Both the position numbers and the translations under genes were made by a program. From Gammaproteobacteria bacterium (GTDB lineage: Bacteria > Pseudomonadota > Gammaproteobacteria > Ga0077536), in contig JAYTTZ010000239.1 of the NCBI GenBank assembly GCA_043744805.1, forward strand, positions 1 to 55,631: 55,631 nucleotides of DNA, read 5' to 3'. Below are positions 35,668 through 45,072 of this stretch, piece by piece; within the stretch, counting starts at the first letter, position 1; the number at the start of each line of letters is the position of its first letter. The notes beneath the pieces were generated by a model that did no database searches, was not told the DNA's origin, and saw only the letters and a program-made list of their open reading frames with translations.

Positions 35668-38600
35668 GTGTCCAGCCCTTTGTTTGGTCCGCCCCTCATC
35701 AACCCGTTTGGACTGTTCGACGTGGGCGCGAGCGCAAAGCCGGTGTTCGCCGATCTCGACGGCGACGGGGACTTCGATCTTTACGTCGGCAGGAGCGACG
35801 GCCTCGTCAGGGTCCTCCTGAACACGGGTAGTGCCAACCTACCGGCCTTTACCAACGCCGGCATCGCCACGCTCGGCCTGATCAACCTGGGCACCTTTTC
35901 CGCGCCCACTTTCGTTGACATCGACGGTGACGGCGACCTTGATGCCTTCCAGGGTAATGGGGTCGGCAACACCATTTTTTACCGCAATACCGGCACGGCC
36001 ACGGCGCCTGCCTTCTTCAAGCAGACCTCGGCGTTTGGAATCAGCGATGTCGGCGACTATGCCGCGCCGGCCTTCGCGGACATCGACCACGACGGCGACA
36101 TGGATGCCTTCATCGGCGGCAAGGACGGCGTTACGCGGTTTTTCCGCAACCAGGGGACTTCAACGGCCCCCGCCTTCGTGCTCCAGACCAGCAACTTCGG
36201 CCTTACCGACGTCGGCAACCGTGCCGCTCCCGCTTTTGCCGACTTCGACCAGGACGGCGACCTCGACGCCTTCATTGGCAACGCCAGCGGTGGCATCACT
36301 TATTTCGTCAACTCGGGCACGAACGTGGCACCGGCCTTCAGTGAGTCCACCACGACGTTTGGCCTTGTTGGCGGTGGCGGGCTCAATGCCTCCCCGGGCT
36401 TCGGCGACATCGATGGCGATGGGGATCTCGACGCCTTCGTCGGCACCCAGGACGGCAACACCACCTTCCAATTGAACGGCAATCCGGCCCCGGTGACGAT
36501 TGCCATCAACGGCGGCGTCCTCACCCTCACGGAAGGTGGCGCCAACGACTTCTACACGGTGGTACTGAACGTCCAGCCCATCAGCAATGTCGTCATCGGG
36601 CTGATTCAGGATGGCCGGGTAACCGCACTTGCCTCCTCGCTGACATTCACGCCGCAGAACTGGAACATCCCCCAGGCCGTCACCGTAAAGGCAGTGAACG
36701 ATACCGTTTACGAGGGCACCCACTTTGGCCTCATCCAGCACACGGTCATCAGTGCCGATCCCCAATACGGTGGCAAGGCCGCCGCCCCCGTGTCAGCCAC
36801 CATCACTGACAACGATCTCATTCCCGGCGAAGCCAGTTTCTCCCCGCCGCTGACCAATCCTTTCGGCATCACCAACGTCGGCTATATCTCGCACCCCGAG
36901 TTCGCCGACATCGACGGTGACGGGGACATGGATCTCTTCATCGGCACCTACGACGGCACGACGCGGTTTTTCCTCAACGCGGGGACTACCAGCATGCCCG
37001 CCTTCGTGCTCCAGACCAGCAACTTCGGCCTTGCCGACGTCGGCAAGAGCGCCGCCCCGGCGTTCGTCGACATCGATGCTGACGGGGATCTGGATGCCTT
37101 CGTAGGCAACGCAGCGGGCCAAATCGTGTTCTTCCGCAATACCGGGACGGTCAGCACGCCAGGCTTTACCAGCGAAACGGGAAATTTCGGGCTGGCCTTC
37201 ACCGACACCTACGCCACCCCGACGTTCGTCGACATCGATGGGGACGGCGACCTCGACGCCGTGATCGGCGGCTACAGTGGGAGCACGGTGTTCTTCCGCA
37301 ACAGCGGCACCGCTAGCGCCCCCAACTTCGGCCCAACGGCAACCAATGCCTTCGGTCTTGCGCAGGTCGCGTCCAATGCCACTCCGAGCTTTGCCGACAT
37401 CGACGGCGACGGCGACAAGGATGCCTTCATTACCGGCTTCTTCGATGAAATCATCCTTTCCCGCAATACGGGAGGCCTGAACTCGCCGAGTTTCAGCACC
37501 GACACAGGCACCTTCGGCCTCGCGATTACGGGCATGCGGGCAGTGCCGACCTTCGTCGACATCAACGGTGACGGCGACCTCGACGCCTTCATCGGGGACA
37601 ACTACGGTGACCTCCAGTTCTTCGAAAACCTGCGCGTAAACAACACCAACCCGGTACTGGGCTTCGCAGCCACCATCAACTACATCGACACGGTGGTAGA
37701 CGACGCCTTCGCGCCGATTACCCGCTCCCTGAAGGTCACCGACGTCAACCTCGGCGATTCGCTCACCTTCGGGATCCTCGGTGGCGGCGACGACGGCACC
37801 ACGGCCAGCTTCACGAGTGATTTCGGCGTCCTGACGCTCCTGAAGGCCACCGGTGTATTTACCTTCCTGCCGAACGACGCCGCCATCGAGGCCTTGAGCA
37901 GCGCAGCGAGCGAAGACTTCATCATCACCGTAACCGACGGTATGGGCACGGCCCAGCGCTTCCTCACGCTCAGCATCGCGCAGAGCGGCGTGACCGAAAC
38001 CGAGGGCGCCGACGTGCTCACCGGCACGGTCGGCGATGACCTCTTCGATGGTTTTGGTGGCGACGATATCTTCAACGGCCTGGCGGGTAACGACACGGTC
38101 GGGTTCGGCTCGGCAGCCGTTGGCGTCACGGTAAGCCTGGCGACGACCCAGCTGCAGGACACAGGTGTCGGCAGCGTCACGCTCAACAGCATCGAGAACC
38201 TGACGGGCTCCGCGTTCGACGACGTGCTCATCAGCAGCAGTGGCAACAACATCCTGAATGGCGCGGGGGGTGCCGACACAGCGTCTTATGCCGCGGCCAC
38301 CGGAGCCGTGAGCGTAAGCCTGCTGGTGGCCGGCGCGCAGGACACCGTGAACGCCGGCGCCGACACCCTCGTCAACATTGAAAACCTCACCGGTTCGGCC
38401 TCCAACGACACCCTGACCGGCGACGCGCAGGACAATGTCCTCGACGGCGGTGCTGGCGTGGACATCCTCACCGGTGGCGACGGGTCGGACACTTACGTCG
38501 TCGATAGCCTCACCGATGTCGTCAACGAAACCAATCCCGTAGCCGCTACGGGCGGCTTCGATTGGCTCTTCACTTCGGTGAGCGGGCTCACTTTGCCCAC

Positions 38601-41463
38601 CAATGTCGAGAACGGCCGAATCCTCGAGCTGGGCACGCTCGAGGCCCCCTTCACCCTCACCGGGAACGCCCTCGACAACATCCTCATTTCCGGGGATGGC
38701 GACGACGTCCTCGATGGGGGCGTCGGCAGCGATACGGCCGACTACCGGTTTGCCCCGGATGGCGTGACGGTCAGTCTTACGGCCAATGGCGCACAGGACA
38801 CTCTCGGTGCCGGTAGCGACCTGCTGCTCAGGATCGAGAATCTCACCGGCTCCGACTTCGACGACAACCTGACCGGGACCGCAGCCGCCAATCGCCTGGA
38901 CGGCGGTGCAGGCGCCGACGTGATGAACGGCGGTGATGGATCGGACGTTTACACCGTCGATGACCCCGGCGACGTCGTGATCGAAACAAATGCCAACGCA
39001 ACGACCGGTGGCACCGACTGGGTGTTGAGCAAGCTCGCTGCGTACACCCTGCCCAGCAATGTTGAAAACGGGAAAATCGCCGGTTCAGGCGCGGCCAGCC
39101 TGACGGGCAACTCGCTCAACAATGAACTGGTGTCGGGGGAAGGCAACAACACCCTGAACGGCGGCGCTGGCACCGATACGGCTGATTACAGCACTGCCGC
39201 AGGCGCAGTGACCGTGAACCTGGGCATCGGCCCGCAGGCCACCGGCGGTTCTGGCACCGTTACCCTGGTTTCCATCGAGAACCTGCGCGGTTCGGCTTTC
39301 GACGATGTGCTGGGCGGTAACGTCGACACTAACCTGCTCGACGGGGCAGCAGGCGTGGATACGGTGACCTACGCGACGGCCACCGGCAGTGTCACCGTCA
39401 ACCTCGCACTCACGACCGCCCAGAACACGGTCGGCGCGGGCACTGACACCCTGCGCAATTTCGAGAACCTGACGGGCTCTCGCTTCGATGACCTCCTGAC
39501 GGGCAGTGCAGGTTCAAACGTGCTGGACGGCGGCGTGGGTGCCGACAGAATGACCGGGGGCGACGGCGCCGATACCTATTACGTCGACAACGTGGGCGAC
39601 CTCGTGGTCGAAACCAACGCGTCACTCCTCATCGGCGGCCGCGATCTGGTCCTGAGTAACCTGGCCGCCTACACCCTGCCGGCTAACGTCGAGGACGGCC
39701 GAATTGTCCTGGCTGGCCTCGCCAGCCTGACCGGTAACAGCCTCGACAACGTCCTGTTCTCCGGCCCCGGGGACAAGATCCTGAATGGCGGCGCGGGCAA
39801 TGACACCGCGAACTACAGCCTGTCCACCAGCCTGGTGACCGTGAACCTGGCGATCACCGGTCCCCAGACCACCGGGGGCGGCGGCATGGACACGCTGCTC
39901 AACCTCGAAAACCTGACGGGCACCGCATTCAGCGACACGCTTACCGGTGATGGCGGCGCCAATATCCTCGACGGCGGCGCGGGCGCAGACGTGCTCACGG
40001 GCGGTGATGGTTCGGACATTTTCTACGTCGACAACATCGGCGACACGCTGGTTGAAACCAGTGGTGCAAACAGCGGGACCGACTGGGCGTACAGCTACCT
40101 GGCCACTTTCCTGCTGCCAGCCAACATCGAGAACGGGCGCATCCTTGCCAGTGGCTCGGCCGATCTCCAGGGTAATGCGCTCAACAACGTGCTGGTCTCC
40201 GGCACTGGCAACAACATCCTGGACGGCGGTAGCGGCATCGACACCGCGGACTATCGCAGCGCCAGTGGTTTCGTCACCGTCAGCCTCGCAGTCCTGACGG
40301 CGCAGGCCACCGCCAGCTCCGGCCTCGACACCCTGCTCAGCATCGAAAACCTTACAGGGTCCGGCTTCAACGATCAGCTGGCGGGCAACGCCGGTAACAA
40401 TGTGATCGATGGTGGCAATGGCACCGACACCCTCACCTACGCCGCCGCCAGTGGCCGGGTCACGGTGGATCTCGCCCTTGGAGGCGAACAAGACACCACG
40501 AATGCGGGCATGGACACCCTGATCAGCATCGAGAACCTCGTCGGCACTGCACTCGATGACGTCCTGGGGGGCAACGCCAGCGACAACGCCCTGAGCGGCG
40601 GTGCGGGCAACGACCTCCTGAATGGCGGTGCGGGCAACGACCTCCTGAACGGCGGCGACGGCATTGACTCCCTGACCGGTGGGTTTGGGGCGGACAACCT
40701 GAACGGCGATGACGGCAACGATGTCCTGAACGGCGATGACGGCGATGACAGCCTGGCCGGCGGCGGCGATGTCGATAGCCTCTTTGGCGGCGCCGGGAAC
40801 GACATCCTCGACGGCGGCACTGGTGCGGATCAGATGTCCGGTGGTGGCGGCAACGATACCTACTTCATCGACGACGCCGGGGACGTGGTGACCGAGGCCA
40901 GCGGTACAACCGCCGGGATCGATACGGTCGTCAGCAGCCTCGCGAACTACAAGCTGTTATCGAACTTCGAAAACGGGCGCATCGACAGTGCCGCCAACCT
41001 GAACCTCAGCGGCAACTCGCTCAAGAACGCCCTGACCGGCGGCGCGGGCAATAACGTCCTGTTCGGTGCGGGTGGCGCGGATACCCTTAAAGGTGGCCTT
41101 GGCGCGGATACCCTTAAAGGTGGCCTTGGCGCCGACTTCTTCGACTTCAATACCCTCGCGGAATCCGGGATCACGACCACCACGCGCGACACCATCCTGG
41201 ATTTCACCCGCAGCCACGGCGACCGGATTGACCTCGTGGGCATCGACGCCAACACGGCAGTGGCCCATAACCAGGCGTTCAGCAAGGTCACGAGTTCGGC
41301 CACGGCGTTTTCGGCGACGAAGACCTTCACCGGGGCGGGACAACTTTATTTCGACACCAAGTCCCACGTGCTCTACGGCAACGTGGACGCCGATCCTGCG
41401 GCCGAGTTCTCTATCAAGGTGCTCGGCATCGCGAGCCTCGCCAAAGGCGATTTCCTGCTCTAG
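35668..41463 (+). CDS. Secreted FG-GAP/Ig-like/VCBS/RTX protein, paralog C (two 5-repeat modules, long RTX stalk)
   Basis: 10 FG-GAP repeats in two blocks; one Ig-like spacer; five TLPxNVExGRI-type RTX units; C-terminus GDFLL; GTG start after aggag. Confidence 0.88.
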   Translation: MSSPLFGPPLINPFGLFDVGASAKPVFADLDGDGDFDLYVGRSDGLVRVLLNTGSANLPAFTNAGIATLGLINLGTFSAPTFVDIDGDGDLDAFQGNGVGNTIFYRNTGTATAPAFFKQTSAFGISDVGDYAAPAFADIDHDGDMDAFIGGKDGVTRFFRNQGTSTAPAFVLQTSNFGLTDVGNRAAPAFADFDQDGDLDAFIGNASGGITYFVNSGTNVAPAFSESTTTFGLVGGGGLNASPGFGDIDGDGDLDAFVGTQDGNTTFQLNGNPAPVTIAINGGVLTLTEGGANDFYTVVLNVQPISNVVIGLIQDGRVTALASSLTFTPQNWNIPQAVTVKAVNDTVYEGTHFGLIQHTVISADPQYGGKAAAPVSATITDNDLIPGEASFSPPLTNPFGITNVGYISHPEFADIDGDGDMDLFIGTYDGTTRFFLNAGTTSMPAFVLQTSNFGLADVGKSAAPAFVDIDADGDLDAFVGNAAGQIVFFRNTGTVSTPGFTSETGNFGLAFTDTYATPTFVDIDGDGDLDAVIGGYSGSTVFFRNSGTASAPNFGPTATNAFGLAQVASNATPSFADIDGDGDKDAFITGFFDEIILSRNTGGLNSPSFSTDTGTFGLAITGMRAVPTFVDINGDGDLDAFIGDNYGDLQFFENLRVNNTNPVLGFAATINYIDTVVDDAFAPITRSLKVTDVNLGDSLTFGILGGGDDGTTASFTSDFGVLTLLKATGVFTFLPNDAAIEALSSAASEDFIITVTDGMGTAQRFLTLSIAQSGVTETEGADVLTGTVGDDLFDGFGGDDIFNGLAGNDTVGFGSAAVGVTVSLATTQLQDTGVGSVTLNSIENLTGSAFDDVLISSSGNNILNGAGGADTASYAAATGAVSVSLLVAGAQDTVNAGADTLVNIENLTGSASNDTLTGDAQDNVLDGGAGVDILTGGDGSDTYVVDSLTDVVNETNPVAATGGFDWLFTSVSGLTLPTNVENGRILELGTLEAPFTLTGNALDNILISGDGDDVLDGGVGSDTADYRFAPDGVTVSLTANGAQDTLGAGSDLLLRIENLTGSDFDDNLTGTAAANRLDGGAGADVMNGGDGSDVYTVDDPGDVVIETNANATTGGTDWVLSKLAAYTLPSNVENGKIAGSGAASLTGNSLNNELVSGEGNNTLNGGAGTDTADYSTAAGAVTVNLGIGPQATGGSGTVTLVSIENLRGSAFDDVLGGNVDTNLLDGAAGVDTVTYATATGSVTVNLALTTAQNTVGAGTDTLRNFENLTGSRFDDLLTGSAGSNVLDGGVGADRMTGGDGADTYYVDNVGDLVVETNASLLIGGRDLVLSNLAAYTLPANVEDGRIVLAGLASLTGNSLDNVLFSGPGDKILNGGAGNDTANYSLSTSLVTVNLAITGPQTTGGGGMDTLLNLENLTGTAFSDTLTGDGGANILDGGAGADVLTGGDGSDIFYVDNIGDTLVETSGANSGTDWAYSYLATFLLPANIENGRILASGSADLQGNALNNVLVSGTGNNILDGGSGIDTADYRSASGFVTVSLAVLTAQATASSGLDTLLSIENLTGSGFNDQLAGNAGNNVIDGGNGTDTLTYAAASGRVTVDLALGGEQDTTNAGMDTLISIENLVGTALDDVLGGNASDNALSGGAGNDLLNGGAGNDLLNGGDGIDSLTGGFGADNLNGDDGNDVLNGDDGDDSLAGGGDVDSLFGGAGNDILDGGTGADQMSGGGGNDTYFIDDAGDVVTEASGTTAGIDTVVSSLANYKLLSNFENGRIDSAANLNLSGNSLKNALTGGAGNNVLFGAGGADTLKGGLGADTLKGGLGADFFDFNTLAESGITTTTRDTILDFTRSHGDRIDLVGIDANTAVAHNQAFSKVTSSATAFSATKTFTGAGQLYFDTKSHVLYGNVDADPAAEFSIKVLGIASLAKGDFLL
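40597..40650 (+). repeat. 27-bp tandem duplication (RTX nonapeptide GGAGNDLLN x2)
   Basis: ggcggtgcgggcaacgacctcctgaa(t/c) twice, 26/27 identical. Confidence 0.9.
41074..41127 (+). repeat. Perfect 27-bp tandem duplication (GADTLKGGL x2)
   Basis: ggcgcggatacccttaaaggtggcctt repeated exactly. Confidence 0.95.
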
Positions 41464-41596
41464 AGCCGGGTACGGCCCCCTTCTCCGGCGTGGGAGTTGA
41501 TCAGCACTGCGGCTTCTTGATTGTTGCATTGCCGCATTCGAAGGCTACACTCCAGGGTACCCACCCACCCGCCACCCGCGCGAGGAGGCGAACCGC

Positions 41597-42142
41597 ATGT
41601 ACCGTCTAATCCATTCCCTGGGCCCGCTCGACCGCCCGAGCTTGAAGGATCATTTCCTCCACCTTTCCGACGATGATCGGCGCCTGCGATTTGGCGGCGC
41701 GCTGCCGGACGACATGCTGGTCGAGTACGTCGACCGTATGGACTTCGGCCGCGACCAGGTGCTTGGCGTGTTCGACGCCCGTTTTGAAGTCATCGCCGTC
41801 GCCCACGTCGGCTTACTGCCGGACGGCACGGCCGAGATTGGCCTGAGCGTCCTGCAGGAACACCGCCGTGAAGGCCTGGCCCTGCGCCTGGTCCGTCGTG
41901 CCATCAAGGGCGCGACGATTTATGGCTGCACCCGCTTGTGGATCCACTTCCTCACCGAAAACCGCGCAATGGCGACCTTGACCCGGAAGCTGGGGATGCA
42001 GATCACCTCGGTGCTCGGCGAATCCGACGCTTACATGGTCCTGCCTGCGGCGTCCGCGCTGGAAATCGGCGTCACGCTCTGCAGCGAGCAAATCGACGCC
42101 ATGCTCGGCGCGTTGCGGCACTGGGTGCCCCGCGCCGCCTGA
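41597..42142 (+). CDS. GNAT family N-acetyltransferase
   Basis: HFLHLSDDDRRLRFG; AEIGLSVLQEHRREGLALRLV; ENRAMATL..KLG; RBS gaggagg. Confidence 0.85.
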   Translation: MYRLIHSLGPLDRPSLKDHFLHLSDDDRRLRFGGALPDDMLVEYVDRMDFGRDQVLGVFDARFEVIAVAHVGLLPDGTAEIGLSVLQEHRREGLALRLVRRAIKGATIYGCTRLWIHFLTENRAMATLTRKLGMQITSVLGESDAYMVLPAASALEIGVTLCSEQIDAMLGALRHWVPRAA

Positions 42143-42146
42143 ACGC

Positions 42147-44462
42147 TTATTTGTCGTCCAGCACCCACACGCCATTCCAATCCGATGCGGGCGGCGACAG
42201 AGCGAGGCGCGTGCAGCGCCCCACGTAGAGCGCAGCGGTCTGGTCGGCGGGATTGATCGCGAGGACGTCGCTGAAGGCGCTGCTGGCATCCGCCCAGCGC
42301 TGCTGGCGGTAGAACACGAGGCCGTTGCGGAACTGGCGCAAGGCGTCCATCAGGCCGGGGTAGGACTCCTCGGAGTGGTAATCCATCACCTCGAACACCG
42401 CCACCGGCTGGGTCTTGCCTTTCACCACGACGAGATCGATTTCGCGCGTCGTATAGGTCGCCCGCAACCGGCGGTAGGTGAATTCGCTGATGAGGATATG
42501 CGTGCCGTATTGCTTGCAGGCCGATTCCAGCCGCGCGGCCAGGTTCACGCCGTCCCCGATGATCGTGAAGTCCATGCGCTTGCGGGAGCCGATATTGCCG
42601 GAGACCACCACGTCGGTGTTGAGTCCGATGCCGATGTCGATCGCAGGCTTGCCTTCACTGGCGCGCTGCTGGTTCCACACGGTGAGGTCACGCATCATGC
42701 CGATGGCCGCGCGCACCGCGCGGTCGGCGTCGTCGTCGTGCGGCACGGGGATGCCAAACGCCGCCATGATGGCGTCGCCGATGAACTTGTCGAGCATGCC
42801 CTCCTCGCGCTGGATGCAGTCGACCATCAGCGTGAAGTATTCGTTGAGCAGGGCCACTGTGCCCTGTGCGCCGAGTTGCTCGGTAATGGTGGTAAAGCTG
42901 CGCACGTCGGAAAACAACACCGTCGCCGTGACGGACTGCCCGCCAAGCACTTCGGCGCCGCTCGCGATCAGCTTGTCGGCAATCCCCGGATCCATGTAGC
43001 GCGCCATCGTCGACTTGAGCCGCTTTTCGTTGCTGATGTCCTCGATCATCAGCATCGAACCAATGCGCTGCTTTTCAACCGACAGCAGGGGCAAGGCGGT
43101 GACGTTCACCGACATCACCTCTTCGCCCACCACCAGTTCCGCGTCGACCATGGTCTCGGTGCCTTCGGTCTCGGCCACCTGCTTAAGCTTGTCCAGCACC
43201 CAGGCATTGGGCCCGGTGAAGCACTCGGCCGCCGGCTTGTGGAGGAGGTCTGCCGGGCGCACCCGCAGGAGCCTCGCGCCGGCCGCGTTGCAGGTGACGA
43301 TGCGCTCCTGCTCGTCGAGCGTGATGACGCCGTTCGACATGGATTCGAGCATCGCCTCGTTGTAGTTCTTCATGTTCTGCACGTCGGCGAACAGCTTGGC
43401 GTTCTCCAGCGCAATCGAGATCTGCGCGGTGAACGCGCGCAGACGAGACTCGTCCTCGCTGGAAAACGGTCCTCCGCGCTTGTTGAGCACCTGCGTCACC
43501 CCGATGGTCTTGCCTGATTTGTTGGTAATCGGCACGCAGAGGATAGAGCGCGTGAAGTAACCGGTCTGCCGGTCGAAGGCCGGGTTGAACCGGAGATCCG
43601 CGTAGGCGTAGGGGATGTTGATCGACTTGCCCGTGGTGAACACGGCACCCGCGATGCCCACGTGGTTGGGCAGCCGAATCTGCATGGACTCCAGGCCCTG
43701 CCCCACTTCCGACCACAGCTGGCAGGTCTTGTCATCGTTGAGGAACAGGGTCGAGCGCTCAGCGTTGAGGAGCCGCGTGGCCTCGCTCATGACCTTCTGC
43801 AGCAGCGAACCGAGCTTGATGTCTGCCGTCACGTCGGACACGACGTCGATGAACGCCATTTCCTGCTGCCGCAGCGCCTGCATGCGTTCGATGAACTGTG
43901 TGCTCTGCAGCGCCACGGTGCCGTGGCTGGTCATCGCCTCGAACAGCTGCAGGTCCTGCCGCGTGAAGCGTCCGCCCTTCTTGTTGAGCGTCTGGGCCAC
44001 GCCGATGATTTCGTTCTTCACGGTGCGGATGGGCACGCACAGGATGCTGCGAGTGATGAAACCGGTCTGTTCGTCGACGGAACGGTTGAAGCGGGGATCG
44101 TCGTAGGCTGCGTGGATGATCAGGGCTTCACCGGTCGTGAACACATGCCCCGCGACGCCGCTGGAGTTCAGGATGCGGATTTCACGCTGGATGTTGCCTT
44201 GCGCGATGCGTGAATAAAGCTCGTTGGTGCTGGGGTCGTTGAGGAACAGCGACCCGCGTTCGGTTGCCAGTTCCGCCGTGGTCAGGTCGACCAGCGCCCG
44301 CAAGACTTCGTCGAGGGTGTCGTAGGACGCCATCTGGCGCGTAACGGCAAGCAGCAGTTCGGCCTCGCGCAGGCGCCGGCGCTCGCGACGGTCGATGGCG
44401 GGCGCGCCGGCCTGGTCCTTCGGGAGGGGGGCTTCGGCGTCTTCGCCCGTACGCTTATCCAT
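42147..44462 (-). CDS. Class III adenylate cyclase, GAF-GAF-PAS-CYC-TPR architecture
   Basis: Two GAF domains with LNK..F..D(E) motifs; PAS; VLFSDVRSFT; DKFIGDAIMA; DFTIIGDGVNLAARLE. Confidence 0.9.
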   Translation of the reverse strand: MDKRTGEDAEAPLPKDQAGAPAIDRRERRRLREAELLLAVTRQMASYDTLDEVLRALVDLTTAELATERGSLFLNDPSTNELYSRIAQGNIQREIRILNSSGVAGHVFTTGEALIIHAAYDDPRFNRSVDEQTGFITRSILCVPIRTVKNEIIGVAQTLNKKGGRFTRQDLQLFEAMTSHGTVALQSTQFIERMQALRQQEMAFIDVVSDVTADIKLGSLLQKVMSEATRLLNAERSTLFLNDDKTCQLWSEVGQGLESMQIRLPNHVGIAGAVFTTGKSINIPYAYADLRFNPAFDRQTGYFTRSILCVPITNKSGKTIGVTQVLNKRGGPFSSEDESRLRAFTAQISIALENAKLFADVQNMKNYNEAMLESMSNGVITLDEQERIVTCNAAGARLLRVRPADLLHKPAAECFTGPNAWVLDKLKQVAETEGTETMVDAELVVGEEVMSVNVTALPLLSVEKQRIGSMLMIEDISNEKRLKSTMARYMDPGIADKLIASGAEVLGGQSVTATVLFSDVRSFTTITEQLGAQGTVALLNEYFTLMVDCIQREEGMLDKFIGDAIMAAFGIPVPHDDDADRAVRAAIGMMRDLTVWNQQRASEGKPAIDIGIGLNTDVVVSGNIGSRKRMDFTIIGDGVNLAARLESACKQYGTHILISEFTYRRLRATYTTREIDLVVVKGKTQPVAVFEVMDYHSEESYPGLMDALRQFRNGLVFYRQQRWADASSAFSDVLAINPADQTAALYVGRCTRLALSPPASDWNGVWVLDDK

Positions 44463-45000
44463 GGTGGCTCACCTGTTCCAGCTGTTCCCGCAACAACACG
44501 ATGGTGTTGCGCAGGTGGGTGATGTCCGTGCGGGCGGTCGTTTCGCCATGCGTCACCGCGTTGTCCCGATCCAGGCGCATGGATTCGAGTGCTTCGCGCA
44601 GTTGGATAATCGTCGCCTTGAACTGCTCGAGTTCATGGTGGGCGACCGTTTGCAGGTTCTGCGCCGCCGCCTGGTGCACGAGTTGTGCTTGCTCAAGCGT
44701 CACTCGGAGCGCGGCCACGGCGTCTTTCAGCTGGGCGATTTCCTGCAGCCCGGCGGCATGCGCCTGCTGGACTGCAAAATCACGCTCCAGCCGGGCCCGT
44801 TCGAGTTCGTCGCGCAATGCCGAGATCGTCGTCCTGAGCTGGCCGATTTCACCCGCCGCCCCCGTCTGCACCGCCGTCACGCCGGCACGCGCGTCGGCCT
44901 GGAACTGCTCCAGGGCTTCGCGCAGCGCAATCACGGTGCGCTTGAGGTCACGGACCTCGGCGCGCTCAAGGGTGAGTTCGACTTCCAGTTCGTCGCTCAT
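44455..45000 (-). CDS. Coiled-coil protein of ~4.6 tandem 36-aa repeats
   Basis: Repeats E-x-x-x-L-[KR]-x-T-[IV]-x-x-L-R-x-x-L-E; 8-bp overlap with the cyclase start. Confidence 0.75.
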   Translation of the reverse strand: MSDELEVELTLERAEVRDLKRTVIALREALEQFQADARAGVTAVQTGAAGEIGQLRTTISALRDELERARLERDFAVQQAHAAGLQEIAQLKDAVAALRVTLEQAQLVHQAAAQNLQTVAHHELEQFKATIIQLREALESMRLDRDNAVTHGETTARTDITHLRNTIVLLREQLEQVSHHG

Positions 45001-45072
45001 GCCAGACGGACTCCCGGGGATCTTCGTGCCGTGGTCAGGTCCTGCCCAGCGGTCTGGCGGGCACGCAGCGGT

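Noticed and set aside
26574-37625. Regularly spaced gacatcgacggcgacggcgac-like motifs as a CRISPR array or DGR target
   Set aside because: They are degenerate, in-frame codons for DxDGDGD protein repeats. No cas or reverse transcriptase gene is present, and no adenine-specific variation was seen.
41518-41540. TGC-rich motif (ttgttgcattgccgcat) upstream of the GNAT, resembling a PhaR-type box
   Set aside because: Short and degenerate, with no PHA genes in the window, so it cannot be supported.
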